DNA from: an uncultured delta proteobacterium
Lineage (GTDB): Bacteria > Desulfobacterota > Syntrophia > Syntrophales > UBA2192
Direction: 5' to 3'
Length of the DNA: 48,330 bases
Assembly (NCBI GenBank): GCA_963705165.1
Contig: CAVPJD010000004.1
Location: 1 to 48,330, forward strand
A program made the translations under genes and the position numbers. Under the pieces are notes generated by a model that was not told the DNA's origin, did not search any database, and saw only the letters and a list, made by a program, of their open reading frames with translations. Of this stretch, positions 18,867 to 28,240 are shown piece by piece (the stretch's first letter is position 1; the number at the start of each line of letters is the position of its first letter).

Positions 18867-19306
18867 CAGCCCTTCACCTTCTTCGCGATCTGCAGTTCCT
18901 TCGCCTTCTGCTGGAGGGCGAGGTCTTCGGGCTCCGTGATCTCGATCACGATCCGATGCGCGATGCGCCGGGCGTGTTTGTCCACATGGATGAACGTGAT
19001 GAACCCGTCGACGAGGAAATCGTTGCTTCTGTTGTCCACGACCTTGACGTAGGACACCAGGCGTGTCTCCCCGGCAAAGACGACCTTGCTCTCGAACCGG
19101 ATGACGGATCCGTTGTGGATCGGCTTCATGAAGAGCATGCCGTGAATGTTCAGGCATACGATGTTTTCGGGACTGGTTAAGTTCGCGGCGGCAATGAATC
19201 CCGATTCGACAAACCACATGGCCGTCTTGCCCGCGAAGAGAGTCCCGTGGTGATTGAGATCCTCGCTCTTCACGAGCCTGCAGATGCTGTGGGTGCGCAG
19301 CTCCAT
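18866..19306 (-). CDS. Hotdog-fold acyl-CoA thioesterase
   Basis: DLNHHGTLFAG, F.KP and FITFIHVD motifs. Confidence 0.85.
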   Translation of the reverse strand: MELRTHSICRLVKSEDLNHHGTLFAGKTAMWFVESGFIAAANLTSPENIVCLNIHGMLFMKPIHNGSVIRFESKVVFAGETRLVSYVKVVDNRSNDFLVDGFITFIHVDKHARRIAHRIVIEITEPEDLALQQKAKELQIAKKVKG

Positions 19307-19310
19307 CTTT

Positions 19311-20288
19311 TCACTCCTTTGTCTTCAGTTTGCCGCAGAACGCAAGGCTCTTGCTTCTCTGCAAATCCCCCGGCGTCACAAACTCGACCGCCACGTCCAC
19401 GAGACCATCCAGCACCGCGGCCCGGGGCAGCTCGCTTTTTTCCTGCCGCCGCCGCGTCCGGTGCAGGCTGACCGCAAACCGCTCGAAGGACGGCAGCAGC
19501 TCCGGCGACGCAAGATCGATCCGGGCCACCCTCGGCGCCTGACTCTGCAGATCATTGAAATAGGCCTCGATCGCTTCTCCCACGGCGGAGACATCGAGCG
19601 GCCTTGCAACCCGCAACGGCCCCGCCAGATTGACACTCCCCGCTGAAAGCTGACTGCCATGTTTTTCGAGAAGCAGCGCAAGGGCGCTGCCGCGATGGAT
19701 CCCCCCGTTTTTCCCGATCGGCACTTCCCGCTCGCCGAATCGAAGCGCTCCGGGTAGCCGCACCAGAAGATTGACGGCTCCCGGGAGGGCCTCACGGTAG
19801 CAGCGGAAGACGAACTCGGAGCAGATCATGGGCTCCCGTCCCGTGTTGAAGAGCTGCAGAAGAGAGGCCGCAGCGGCGTCAAGTGTTTCCCGGATGAGCC
19901 TTCCGAGAACAGACGAGCCGGCAAGGTTGCGGGTGATGCACAAAAAGGCGAGGAGCAGGATCTGCTCGAAGCCGTAGCGCTCGCCGCGCTTCAGGTAGTG
20001 CGCCGCACGCTCCAGAACGGGGTCGAAGCTTGAGGGCGCCTCTTTCAGCCGCCTGGATTCGACCCATTCGGCATGCTCGATGCTCTTCGGAAGCTCCCGA
20101 CGGATGACGCCTTCCCGAATCGCTTCACCGACGGTGCGTCCCTGCTCGCCGTACCGGCCGAGAAAGAGGCCCGTGTGGCTCACCTCCGAGCGGTCGATGA
20201 ACCGTATGGCGTCGCTGATCAAGCCTTTGCTTCTGTACAGCAGGACGTCTCCCGGCATGAGCTGTGCGACCGGAATGGCTTTTATCAT
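19311..20288 (-). CDS. Permuted papain-like NlpC/P60 enzyme (YiiX/YebB-like)
   Basis: PGDVLL, SHTGLF (His), Y, ICSEFV (Cys) and VTPGDL in permuted order. Confidence 0.75.
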   Translation of the reverse strand: MIKAIPVAQLMPGDVLLYRSKGLISDAIRFIDRSEVSHTGLFLGRYGEQGRTVGEAIREGVIRRELPKSIEHAEWVESRRLKEAPSSFDPVLERAAHYLKRGERYGFEQILLLAFLCITRNLAGSSVLGRLIRETLDAAAASLLQLFNTGREPMICSEFVFRCYREALPGAVNLLVRLPGALRFGEREVPIGKNGGIHRGSALALLLEKHGSQLSAGSVNLAGPLRVARPLDVSAVGEAIEAYFNDLQSQAPRVARIDLASPELLPSFERFAVSLHRTRRRQEKSELPRAAVLDGLVDVAVEFVTPGDLQRSKSLAFCGKLKTKE

Positions 20289-20341
20289 ACGTTCCTCTTA
20301 CCTGCCTCGCTTGTCACTTCTTCCACTTCCCTCACTCGCCT

Positions 20342-20938
20342 CTATGCGTTGCATACCACCCTCGGCACAAAGGTGATCAGGTAGTTGTACGTCCCGATCT
20401 CGTGCAGACCCGTCCTCGCAAACCCGAAGGGCTCCACCAGGGCGGTCACGTCATCCGGCGAGAGCCGGATGGAAACCGGGGGACCGGGCGGGCCGGGCGC
20501 CTTCTTGAATTCCACAACGGCAAAAGTCCCGTGGCGCTTCAGGAGCCTGCGGGCCTCGGCCAGCGCACCATCCTGGACACCCGCCTCCTTGAGGTCGTGG
20601 AGCACCGTGGCCATGAGGATCAGATCCATACTTTCGCCGGGCAGGGGAAGGGTCCTGCTCACATCGGCAACGATCGGACTGATATTGCTCACCCCGCGGC
20701 GCTCGATCCTCTCCTTGAGCCGCTCCACCCCCTCGGCCCACAGATCAGCCGCATGGACGCGTCCCCCGTCACCGATGATCTTCGCCATGGCAATCGAGTA
20801 CATCCCCGGGCCGCATCCCATGTCCAGCACCGTGAACCAGGGCTTCAAGGCCAGGACCTGGATAAGTTTCCCCGCTTCAATGAGTTCGAAACTGCTTTTC
20901 CCCGCTCCATGGGGTTTGTCTGACCGCACGTCGTTCAT
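20342..20938 (-). CDS. Class I SAM-dependent methyltransferase
   Basis: VLDMGCGPG, VLHD and GPP motifs. Confidence 0.88.
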   Translation of the reverse strand: MNDVRSDKPHGAGKSSFELIEAGKLIQVLALKPWFTVLDMGCGPGMYSIAMAKIIGDGGRVHAADLWAEGVERLKERIERRGVSNISPIVADVSRTLPLPGESMDLILMATVLHDLKEAGVQDGALAEARRLLKRHGTFAVVEFKKAPGPPGPPVSIRLSPDDVTALVEPFGFARTGLHEIGTYNYLITFVPRVVCNA

Positions 20939-21090
20939 GGCTCGCCTGCAGATTCGGCTGGCTGGTGCATTGTGTTGAAGTATGGGGGAAACGGCTTCTC
21001 TGTCAAGGACTTTCGTTGGTTTGCCTGCCGCAGGGAAGGAACTTTGAGGCTTGCAGTTTCAACCGGTTGTGCTAGAAACGCTATAGAGAA

Positions 21091-22155
21091 ATGCCTGCAG
21101 GAAAACACACGTTGCCAACAAAAAATCGCCTCCCGAAAAGCCGCAGACAGCCCGAGCCGAAGCAGTGGAATGATTGGCACTGGCAATTCAGGAACCGACG
21201 GCGAACGGCCGACGAGATCACGGAACCGCTCGATCTGCGTCGAAAGGAGCGCCGCGCGCTCGGCGAGGTGGTAAAGACCTATCGCACAGCGGCAACCCCT
21301 TACTATTTCTCGCTCATGGATGCAGACGATCCGCTCGACCCCATCCGACGACAGTGCGTCCCCGATACCCGGGAAATCACCTCCGAAGGCGGTGTCGAGG
21401 ACCCGCTGGACGAGCGGGCCCACAGCCCCGTGCCGGGCCTCATTCACCGTTTCCGCGACCGCTGCCTCGTCATCGTGACGAACCGCTGCGCCGTCTATTG
21501 CCGTCACTGCAACCGCAAGCGCCTCTGGCACGAGCGGGAAAAGATTCTCACACCTCCTGAACTGACGGCCATGGCCGGCTATATCGAGAAGCGGCCCGCC
21601 ATCCGCGAGGTGGTCCTCTCGGGCGGTGACCCTCTGACGCTCTCCGACGGACGGCTGGAACGCATCCTCGCGCGGTTGCAAGCCATCGAGCACGTGGAGG
21701 TCCTGCGAATCGGGAGCCGGGTGCCCGTCGTGCTGCCCATGCGCATCACGGAGCGGCTCTGCGGCATCCTTCGCCGTTACCGGCCCCTGTGGTTTCTCAC
21801 CCAGTTCAACCATCCCCGTGAAATAACGCCCGAAGCCGCCGCCGCCTGCAGCAGGCTTCTTGAGGCGGGCATTCCCGTCCTGAACCAGTCGGTGCTTCTC
21901 AAGGGAATCAACGACGATTTCCGGATCATGCGCCAGCTTCTCTACGGACTCGAGCGGATCAGCGTGAAGCCTTACTACCTTTTCCAGTGCGAGCCCGTGA
22001 AAGGCGCCGACCACTTCCGGGTGGACATCTGGGACGGCATGAGGCTGATGGAGAAGCTCTGGAAGACCACTTCGGGCCTGTGTCTTCCCCGCTATGTCGC
22101 CGACATGCCGGGCACGAAGGGGAAAGTCCCCCTCCAGCCCGTAAGTTTTTTATAG
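21091..22155 (+). CDS. epmB: KamA-family radical SAM lysine 2,3-aminomutase, EF-P beta-lysylation (EpmB-like)
   Basis: CAVYCRHC, LSGGDPL, FNHPRE, NQSVLLKGIND and KPYYL; adjacent to efp and epmA. Confidence 0.85.
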   Translation: MPAGKHTLPTKNRLPKSRRQPEPKQWNDWHWQFRNRRRTADEITEPLDLRRKERRALGEVVKTYRTAATPYYFSLMDADDPLDPIRRQCVPDTREITSEGGVEDPLDERAHSPVPGLIHRFRDRCLVIVTNRCAVYCRHCNRKRLWHEREKILTPPELTAMAGYIEKRPAIREVVLSGGDPLTLSDGRLERILARLQAIEHVEVLRIGSRVPVVLPMRITERLCGILRRYRPLWFLTQFNHPREITPEAAAACSRLLEAGIPVLNQSVLLKGINDDFRIMRQLLYGLERISVKPYYLFQCEPVKGADHFRVDIWDGMRLMEKLWKTTSGLCLPRYVADMPGTKGKVPLQPVSFL

Positions 22156-22348
22156 GGACGAGGGACCAGGGTGAAGGGACAAAGGCAAAAAAGCACAGAC
22201 ATCAAACAGGGCATAGGGCTTCTTTGACGGAAAAGACGGGACAGACGGAACAGACCGAATAGACCGTTTTATGCTTTGACAATAAAAGGGAAATATATTA
22301 GAGAGATACACTTTAAAACAACCCAACGCCCCTGAGGGGAGAACCTGG

Positions 22349-22912
22349 ATGTACAGCGCAAGCGACCTGAGAAAAAATCTGAGACTCATGCTTGATGACG
22401 ACCCCTACATCGTCGTCGATTTCCAATTCGTCAAACCGGGAAAAGGCCAGTCCCTCTACCGCTGCAAGCTTCGCAACATGCTCACCGGCAGTCAGATCGA
22501 CCGTACCTTCCGCGAGGTGGACAGTTTCAAGCCCGCCGACACGGAAGAAAAGAACATGCAGTACCTCTACAAGGAAGACGACTCCTACCACTTCATGGAC
22601 AATGAGAACTTCGAGCAGATCGCCCTGACGGAGGGGCAGGTCGGAGAGGCAAAGAACTTCCTCATCGAAAACATGGAGTGCAAGGTCCTCATGTTCCGCG
22701 ACCGGCCGATCGACATCACCCTGCCCAACTTCGTCGATGTGCTCGTCACGGATGCCCCGCCCTGGATCAAGGGCGATACCGTGTCCGGCAATTACAAGCC
22801 GGTGATCGTCGAGACGGGCTACAAGGTCAGCGTGCCCCCTTTCGTCGAGCAGGGGGAGAAAATCCGCATCGACACACGAACGGGCGAATACCTGACCCGA
22901 GTCAAGGGATAG
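22349..22912 (+). CDS. efp: Elongation factor P
   Basis: KPGKG loop (modifiable Lys), KGDT, ETG..VPPF and IDTRTGEY. Confidence 0.97.
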   Translation: MYSASDLRKNLRLMLDDDPYIVVDFQFVKPGKGQSLYRCKLRNMLTGSQIDRTFREVDSFKPADTEEKNMQYLYKEDDSYHFMDNENFEQIALTEGQVGEAKNFLIENMECKVLMFRDRPIDITLPNFVDVLVTDAPPWIKGDTVSGNYKPVIVETGYKVSVPPFVEQGEKIRIDTRTGEYLTRVKG

Positions 22913-22928
22913 CCGGGAACCCAAGCCC

Positions 22929-23852
22929 ATGAGCGCTCAGTGGAAGCTCGAGGCCAAACGTGAGGCCCTCGAAACGCGAGCCTGTGTCCTCCATGCGACG
23001 CGCGCCTTTTTCCTGTCTCGCGATTACCTCGAGGTCGAAACCCCCAACCGCATCCCCGCCCCTTTGCCCGAATCCCACATTGACGCCCTTGCCGCGGAGC
23101 CCTGGTGGCTCCATCCCTCGCCGGAGATCTGCATGAAGCGGATGCTCGCGGCAGGCTACGGGCGGATCTTCCAGATCACCAAGTGTTACCGCGGGCACGA
23201 GCGCGGAGCGCTGCACCTGCCGGAGTTCACCCTGCTGGAATGGTACCGCGCCGGCTGCGATTATTTGCGGCTCATGGAGGAGTGCGAAGACTTTTTCCTC
23301 TACCTGTCGGGGGCGATGGGGATCGGAAACCGGCTCATGTACCGAAACCGGGAGATCGACCTGTCGAAGCCCTGGGAGAGGCTTTCGGTGAAGGAGGCCT
23401 TCGATCGATACGGATCCGTTCCCCTGGAAAGCGCCCTGGAGCAGGACCGCTTCGAAGAGGTCCTGGCCCTGGAGATCGAACCCCGCCTCGGGGACCGCAA
23501 GCCCACCCTCCTGTACAACTACCCGCTTGCCTTCGCATCGCTTGCCCGCATCAGCAAAGACAATCCCGCCTACGCGGAACGCTTTGAAATCTACGTCGGG
23601 GGGCTGGAGCTGGCCAACGGGTTTTCGGAGCTCACCGACGCCGAGGAACAGCGCCGGCGATTTGAAAAGGAAAACGCGCTCCGCTCGAAGAGGAGCCGCT
23701 CGCCCTGGCCCATGCCGGAGAAATTCCTCGAGGCAATCTCCCGCATGCCCGAGTCGGCCGGGATTGCCCTGGGGTTGGACCGGATGGTGATGCTCTTTGC
23801 CGATGCCGCCTCGATCGACGAGGTTGTCTCCTTCACACCGGAAGAACTCTGA
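22929..23852 (+). CDS. epmA: EF-P lysine aminoacylase EpmA (GenX/PoxA)
   Basis: LEVETP, SPE..MKR, H.PEFTLLEWY, ERFE, ELANGFSELTD and GIALGLDR; no anticodon-binding domain. Confidence 0.94.
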   Translation: MSAQWKLEAKREALETRACVLHATRAFFLSRDYLEVETPNRIPAPLPESHIDALAAEPWWLHPSPEICMKRMLAAGYGRIFQITKCYRGHERGALHLPEFTLLEWYRAGCDYLRLMEECEDFFLYLSGAMGIGNRLMYRNREIDLSKPWERLSVKEAFDRYGSVPLESALEQDRFEEVLALEIEPRLGDRKPTLLYNYPLAFASLARISKDNPAYAERFEIYVGGLELANGFSELTDAEEQRRRFEKENALRSKRSRSPWPMPEKFLEAISRMPESAGIALGLDRMVMLFADAASIDEVVSFTPEEL

Positions 23853-23995
23853 ACCCGTTTGTTTCGTTCCTTTCGCCGGTTCGTTTCTTTCGTTCAGTCC
23901 CGGACCATGACGTCCCGGAATGCATTCTTTCCCGGCAGCCTGTCTGCCGGCGCGTTCAACAGTGCCGCAGCATGGCACCATACCGTATGCACATC

Positions 23996-24024
23996 TTGAT
24001 TTTTCACGCAAAATCCTTTATAAG
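23996..24024 (+). promoter_or_regulatory. Sigma70-type promoter
   Basis: TTGATT (23996-24001), 17-nt spacer, TATAAG (24019-24024). Confidence 0.55.
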
Positions 24025-24049
24025 AAAGAAAAAATGAATCAAGGTTCTC

Positions 24050-24133
24050 GGGTTCGGAAGTTTCACCGCTTCCGGAGGTAAACCTGGATGGTCGGGCCGC
24101 CATCTGATCGAACGATCAGTTGGCGGTTTTTTT
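24050..24133 (+). ncRNA. Candidate riboswitch (nhaA-I-like Li+/Na+ motif) with overlapping intrinsic terminator
   Basis: GGGTT-[CGGAAG/CTTCCG hairpin]-GAGG...TGGTCGGGCCGCC; GCCGCCA also forms the left arm of a terminator ending TGGCGG-TTTTTTT. Family assignment is from recollection of the motif, not a search. Confidence 0.55.
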
Positions 24134-24169
24134 ATGCTGCAATAAAGCAGGAGAGAAAGGAGGTCTTTC

Positions 24170-24700
24170 ATGGGATTCTTCGACAAGGTGTTCGGCGCCA
24201 AGACCGAAGGAGGGCCGTCCCCGGGAGAGAGTACGGGTTTCCGTGTCCATGAGGTCCGGGAGAAAGGGTTCAGCATCGCCGCACCGCAGGACTGGACCGT
24301 GGTCGAGAGCCCTGGCGGTCTTGAAGCGCATCCGAAGGAGGGCGGGCGGATTGCGGATCCCGGATCGGGGCGGGAGATCAACAGCCCCGGGGTCACGGTC
24401 ACCGTATCGGAAATACTCGATCCCCGTCAGAACGCAGTCAAGGAAACGCTTCGGGCCCGATCGACCGAGATGGCCGGTCACCGCATGGTCAAGCACATTG
24501 CCGGTGCAGTCAAGAACGCCGATTACGGGATCGTTTACGAATACCAGTATGGACCCGGTGAGGCTCCCGTCTGTGCAGTGGGGGCAGTCGCCCAGAAAAA
24601 GAATAAGCTCTACATCGTTTCCGCGTGCGGCACGGTGCAGGATTTCGACAGGAACCGCGGCACCCTCGAAGCCGTCGTCGCGAGTTTCAAGCTGCTCTGA
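24170..24700 (+). CDS. Hypothetical protein, possible PsbP/Mog1-like fold
   Basis: AAGGAGG RBS; GFSIAAPQDW and C-terminal VVASFKL pattern. Confidence 0.7.
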   Translation: MGFFDKVFGAKTEGGPSPGESTGFRVHEVREKGFSIAAPQDWTVVESPGGLEAHPKEGGRIADPGSGREINSPGVTVTVSEILDPRQNAVKETLRARSTEMAGHRMVKHIAGAVKNADYGIVYEYQYGPGEAPVCAVGAVAQKKNKLYIVSACGTVQDFDRNRGTLEAVVASFKLL

Positions 24701-24898
24701 TGCGAAGGAACGCCTGACGGGGACCGGGCGGCGACGTCCGGTCCCTTTCCTATTGCCCCACCAGGATTCGCAAAGGCCGATTATTGCCCATGTGCCTGAT
24801 TGGGTTGAAGGATTCATCCTCCGGCGCCTTTTCTTCTTTCGTCTACCCTTTTGCCTTGAGCCTTTCGCCCTTCCTTTCCACATTTCATGGAACCAAGC

Positions 24899-25037
24899 TT
24901 AACGTTTCGTTAAACCAATCGCCCGGCCGCACCGAATTGGAGAACGAAGCGAAAAATCAATACCGAAATTAATTCAATCATATCAGCTAATTATAGATTT
25001 TTTCAGGGAACATGCCTGTGGTGGCACGCTCTTTTCA
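24899..25037 (+). promoter_or_regulatory. Putative sigma54 promoter with IHF site and upstream palindrome
   Basis: TGGCAC-GCTCT-TTTCA (25022-25037, variant -12); TATCAGCTAATTA (24981-24993) matches IHF WATCARNNNNTTR; dyad TTAACG-TTT-CGTTAA (24899-24913). Confidence 0.5.
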
Positions 25038-25103
25038 ATACTCAAAGGCAAAGATCAGCAATCAAACAATTGAAATAATAAAAAAACATCGGGAGGAGAC
25101 ATC

Positions 25104-25379
25104 ATGAAGAGGACGCTTTCGACACTGATTCTGGCGGGTATCGTTGTTCTGATCACGGGGACCTTCTGCTTTGCCGAGTACGCCGCAGCAGGCGTTGAAA
25201 ACTTCCCCTACTTCCACCTTGGCTGCATGATCGTCGGCGGCATGATCATCGTATCCCTGAAGCAGAAGTATCAGAAGATTTATCTCGGAGAGGCCGTAGG
25301 CAGCTTCGCCATGTACGCCATCCTCGTGTCCCTCTTCACGGCCCCCGTGGCCGAGGCCCTCAAGAACCTGCTCAGCTAA
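25104..25379 (+). CDS. Small membrane protein with signal peptide-like N-terminus, unknown function
   Basis: GGGAGG RBS, 91 aa with 2-3 hydrophobic segments, followed by a terminator. Confidence 0.78.
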   Translation: MKRTLSTLILAGIVVLITGTFCFAEYAAAGVENFPYFHLGCMIVGGMIIVSLKQKYQKIYLGEAVGSFAMYAILVSLFTAPVAEALKNLLS

Positions 25380-25444
25380 AAAAGGGGTCAGCAGACAACG
25401 CCCTTCACCCTGGAGCAGTAAACAAATCGAATTCGGAAGGGATA

Positions 25445-25487
25445 AAATAAAGAGGCCGTCCGGTAAGCCGGGCGGCCTCTTTTATTT
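25445..25487. terminator. Bidirectional intrinsic terminator between convergent genes
   Basis: AAATAAAGAGGCCGTCCGG-TAAG-CCGGGCGGCCTCTTTTATTT. Confidence 0.85.
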
Positions 25488-25524
25488 CCTTCTCGCCTTT
25501 TGCCTTTAACCTTTAGCCTTTTGC

Positions 25525-27012
25525 CTATTTTTCAATTGTCCACGTCGTTCCCGCCTTCGAATCTTTCAAAACGATCCCCTTCGCTGCAAGCCCGTCGCGG
25601 ATTTCATCGGCCCGTTTCCAGTTCTTCTCGGCCCGGGCCTGGAGCCGCTCTTCGATCGAGGCCTCGATCTCGCCGAGATCAATCCCCCGTTTATCCGCTT
25701 CCCGCAGCCGGTCCTTCTCGAAGTAGACATCGGGGTCCTCCATCAGGATCCCCAGCACACCGCCCACCTCGCGGAGCGTTCGCTCGGCCTCGTTGAGGAC
25801 AAAGAGAGCCGGCGGGCTGGCCTTGAACCCGTCGGTGAGATAGGCATTCACCTGCCGGACGAGCTCAAAGACGTAGCCCATGGCCCTGGCCGTGTTGAAG
25901 TCGTCATCCATGCCCTCCCGAAAGCGATCCGGCAGGGTCCGGATTCGCTCCTGGAGCGCTTTTTCTTTCTCCGGCAGTTCCTCTTCCTTCACCGAGACAG
26001 GCGTCAGGGCCTGGTCGGAGGCGAAGATGTCCCGTATCCTCTTGAGGGTTTCGTAGAGGCGGTTCATCGCGATCCGGGCCTCGTTCAGAACCTCATCGGA
26101 GAAATCCAGGGGGCTCCGGTAGTGGCTCTGCAGGACGAAGAACCGCAGGATCTCCGGATGGCAGACTTTCAGGATGTCCCGGATGGTGACGAAGTTACCC
26201 AGGGACTTGGACATCTTTTCGTGGTCCACCTTGATGAACCCGTTGTGCAGCCAGTACTTTGCGAAGGGTTTCCCCGAGGCCCCCTCGGACTGGGCGATCT
26301 CGTTTTCATGGTGGGGAAAGACAAGGTCCTCGCCGCCTCCGTGGATGTCGAAGGTCTCGCCGAGAAAGCGGGCGCTCATGACGGAGCACTCGATGTGCCA
26401 GCCCGGCCGCCCCTTGCCCCAGGGGCTCTCCCACCAGGGTTCACCCTCCTTGCTCGCCTTCCACAGGACGAAATCCAGAGGATCCTTTTTCTTTTCGCCC
26501 ACGGCGATGCGGGCCCCCGCCGTCATCTCATCGATGTCTCGGCCCGAGAGTTTCCCGTAATTCTTGAACTTCTTCACGGCGAAATAGACATCCCCGCCCA
26601 CGACGTAGGCCAGATGGTTCTTGAGGAGCTTGCCGATCAGCTCGATCATGCCCCCGATGTGCTCCGTAGCCCGGGGGGTGACGGTGGGGCGCTCGATGCC
26701 GAGCCGATCCATGTCGTCGTTGTGTTCGGCGATGTAGCGCTCGGTGATCCGTCGGAACTCGACGCCTTCCTTGTTGGCCTTGGCGATGATCTTGTCGTCG
26801 ATGTCGGTGAAGTTCTTGACGTAGGTGACCTTGTAGCCGCTGTGGCGCAAGTAGCGGGTGATGACATCAAAGTTGATGGCCGAGCGCGCATGGCCCACGT
26901 GGCAGGTGTCGTAGACGGTGACTCCGCAGGCGTAGATCCCGACCTCTCCCTCCTTGACGGGGACGAAGTCCTCTTTCTGACGCATCAGGGTGTTGTAGAG
27001 ACGAAGCGCCAT
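25525..27012 (-). CDS. cysS: Cysteine-tRNA ligase
   Basis: CGVTVYD, HVGH, GRPGWHIECS, KMSKS and DDFNT. Confidence 0.97.
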   Translation of the reverse strand: MALRLYNTLMRQKEDFVPVKEGEVGIYACGVTVYDTCHVGHARSAINFDVITRYLRHSGYKVTYVKNFTDIDDKIIAKANKEGVEFRRITERYIAEHNDDMDRLGIERPTVTPRATEHIGGMIELIGKLLKNHLAYVVGGDVYFAVKKFKNYGKLSGRDIDEMTAGARIAVGEKKKDPLDFVLWKASKEGEPWWESPWGKGRPGWHIECSVMSARFLGETFDIHGGGEDLVFPHHENEIAQSEGASGKPFAKYWLHNGFIKVDHEKMSKSLGNFVTIRDILKVCHPEILRFFVLQSHYRSPLDFSDEVLNEARIAMNRLYETLKRIRDIFASDQALTPVSVKEEELPEKEKALQERIRTLPDRFREGMDDDFNTARAMGYVFELVRQVNAYLTDGFKASPPALFVLNEAERTLREVGGVLGILMEDPDVYFEKDRLREADKRGIDLGEIEASIEERLQARAEKNWKRADEIRDGLAAKGIVLKDSKAGTTWTIEK

Positions 27013-27147
27013 GGCATACCTCTTCAATGACTGGCTAAGGGCTAAGGGCTAAAGGCTCAAGGCAAGAAAAGACAGGGAATTGGATGCCTCAAACCTTCCG
27101 ACACGCCGATTCGGGGTTAATCCGATTCAAAGAATCCGGTCAATCAT

Positions 27148-28185
27148 TTACGGAAAAAGGGCGATCATGTCAAGGGCAGTGTCCTCCCGGAGGCCGCACA
27201 TGAGGTTCATATTCTGGACAGCCTGGCCGGAAGCCCCTTTCACGAGGTTGTCGATGGCGGAAAGAATGATGACCCGGTTCGTCCGCGGATCCACGGACAG
27301 CCCCACATGACAGAAGTTGGTTCCTTTCACGGAAGAGACGTTCGGGTACATTCCCTTGCGCAGGACCCGGACGAAGTGCTCGCCCTTGTAGAAGTCATTA
27401 TATAAATCAATCAGCTCGGCCGTGGAAAGTGTTTTTTTGAGGCTTGCGTAGATCGTGCTGAGGATGCCCCGGGTCAGCGGCAGCAGGTGCGGCGTGAAGG
27501 AGACCTTCACCTCCGAGCCCGCCAGCACGCTCAGCTCCTGCTCGATCTCGGGGCCGTGCCGGTGCTCATTGACCTTGTAGGCCTTGAAGCCTTCGTCGAC
27601 CTCACAGAAAAGCGAGCCGATGACGGGGTCCCGGCCGGCACCGCTCACCCCCGACTTGGAATCGATGATGATCGTGGCCGGGTCGATGATCTTTTCCCGC
27701 AGCACGGGCGCCAACGCCAGGATTGCGCTCGTGGGGTAGCATCCGGGGTTGGCCACGAGCTGGGCCTTCCGGATCTCGTCCCGGTAGAGCTCGGGAATAC
27801 CGTAGACGGCCTTCATGGCAAGCTCCGGGGCCGAGTGCTTGTGGTACCACTTCTCGAAGACATCGAGGTTGCGAAGCCTGAAGTCGGCGGAGAGGTCAAT
27901 CACCTTTTTCCCGGCATCGACAAACGCCGGCGCGACGGCCATGGCCTCCCCGTGTGGCGTGGCCATGAAGATCACATCGGCCATCCCGGCCAGTTCACCG
28001 GGCGATGCGTCGATGAAATGGATGTCCGTGAAGCCCTCAAACAGGGGGTAGGTGCCGGACAGGGGCTGGCCCTTGAACTTGCGCGAGGTGAGCGCCGTCA
28101 CCTTCACATCGGGGTGCCTCAACAGAATCCGCATCAGCTCCAATCCCGTGTAGCCGCTGCCGCCGTAGATGCCGACCCGAATCAT
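27148..28185 (-). CDS. argC: N-acetyl-gamma-glutamyl-phosphate reductase
   Basis: GGSGYTG, DLSADFR, ANPGCYPT and IDNLVKGASGQAVQN. Confidence 0.97.
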   Translation of the reverse strand: MIRVGIYGGSGYTGLELMRILLRHPDVKVTALTSRKFKGQPLSGTYPLFEGFTDIHFIDASPGELAGMADVIFMATPHGEAMAVAPAFVDAGKKVIDLSADFRLRNLDVFEKWYHKHSAPELAMKAVYGIPELYRDEIRKAQLVANPGCYPTSAILALAPVLREKIIDPATIIIDSKSGVSGAGRDPVIGSLFCEVDEGFKAYKVNEHRHGPEIEQELSVLAGSEVKVSFTPHLLPLTRGILSTIYASLKKTLSTAELIDLYNDFYKGEHFVRVLRKGMYPNVSSVKGTNFCHVGLSVDPRTNRVIILSAIDNLVKGASGQAVQNMNLMCGLREDTALDMIALFP

Positions 28186-28203
28186 TTTCCCATTCCTCCG
28201 CAT

Positions 28204-28230
28204 AAAAAAGGGGGTTCCGAGAACCCCCTT
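28204..28230 (-). terminator. Intrinsic terminator between rpsI and argC
   Basis: AAGGGGGTTC-TCG-GAACCCCCTT followed by TTTT on the minus strand. Confidence 0.75.
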
Positions 28231-28240
28231 GTCGTTTCGA

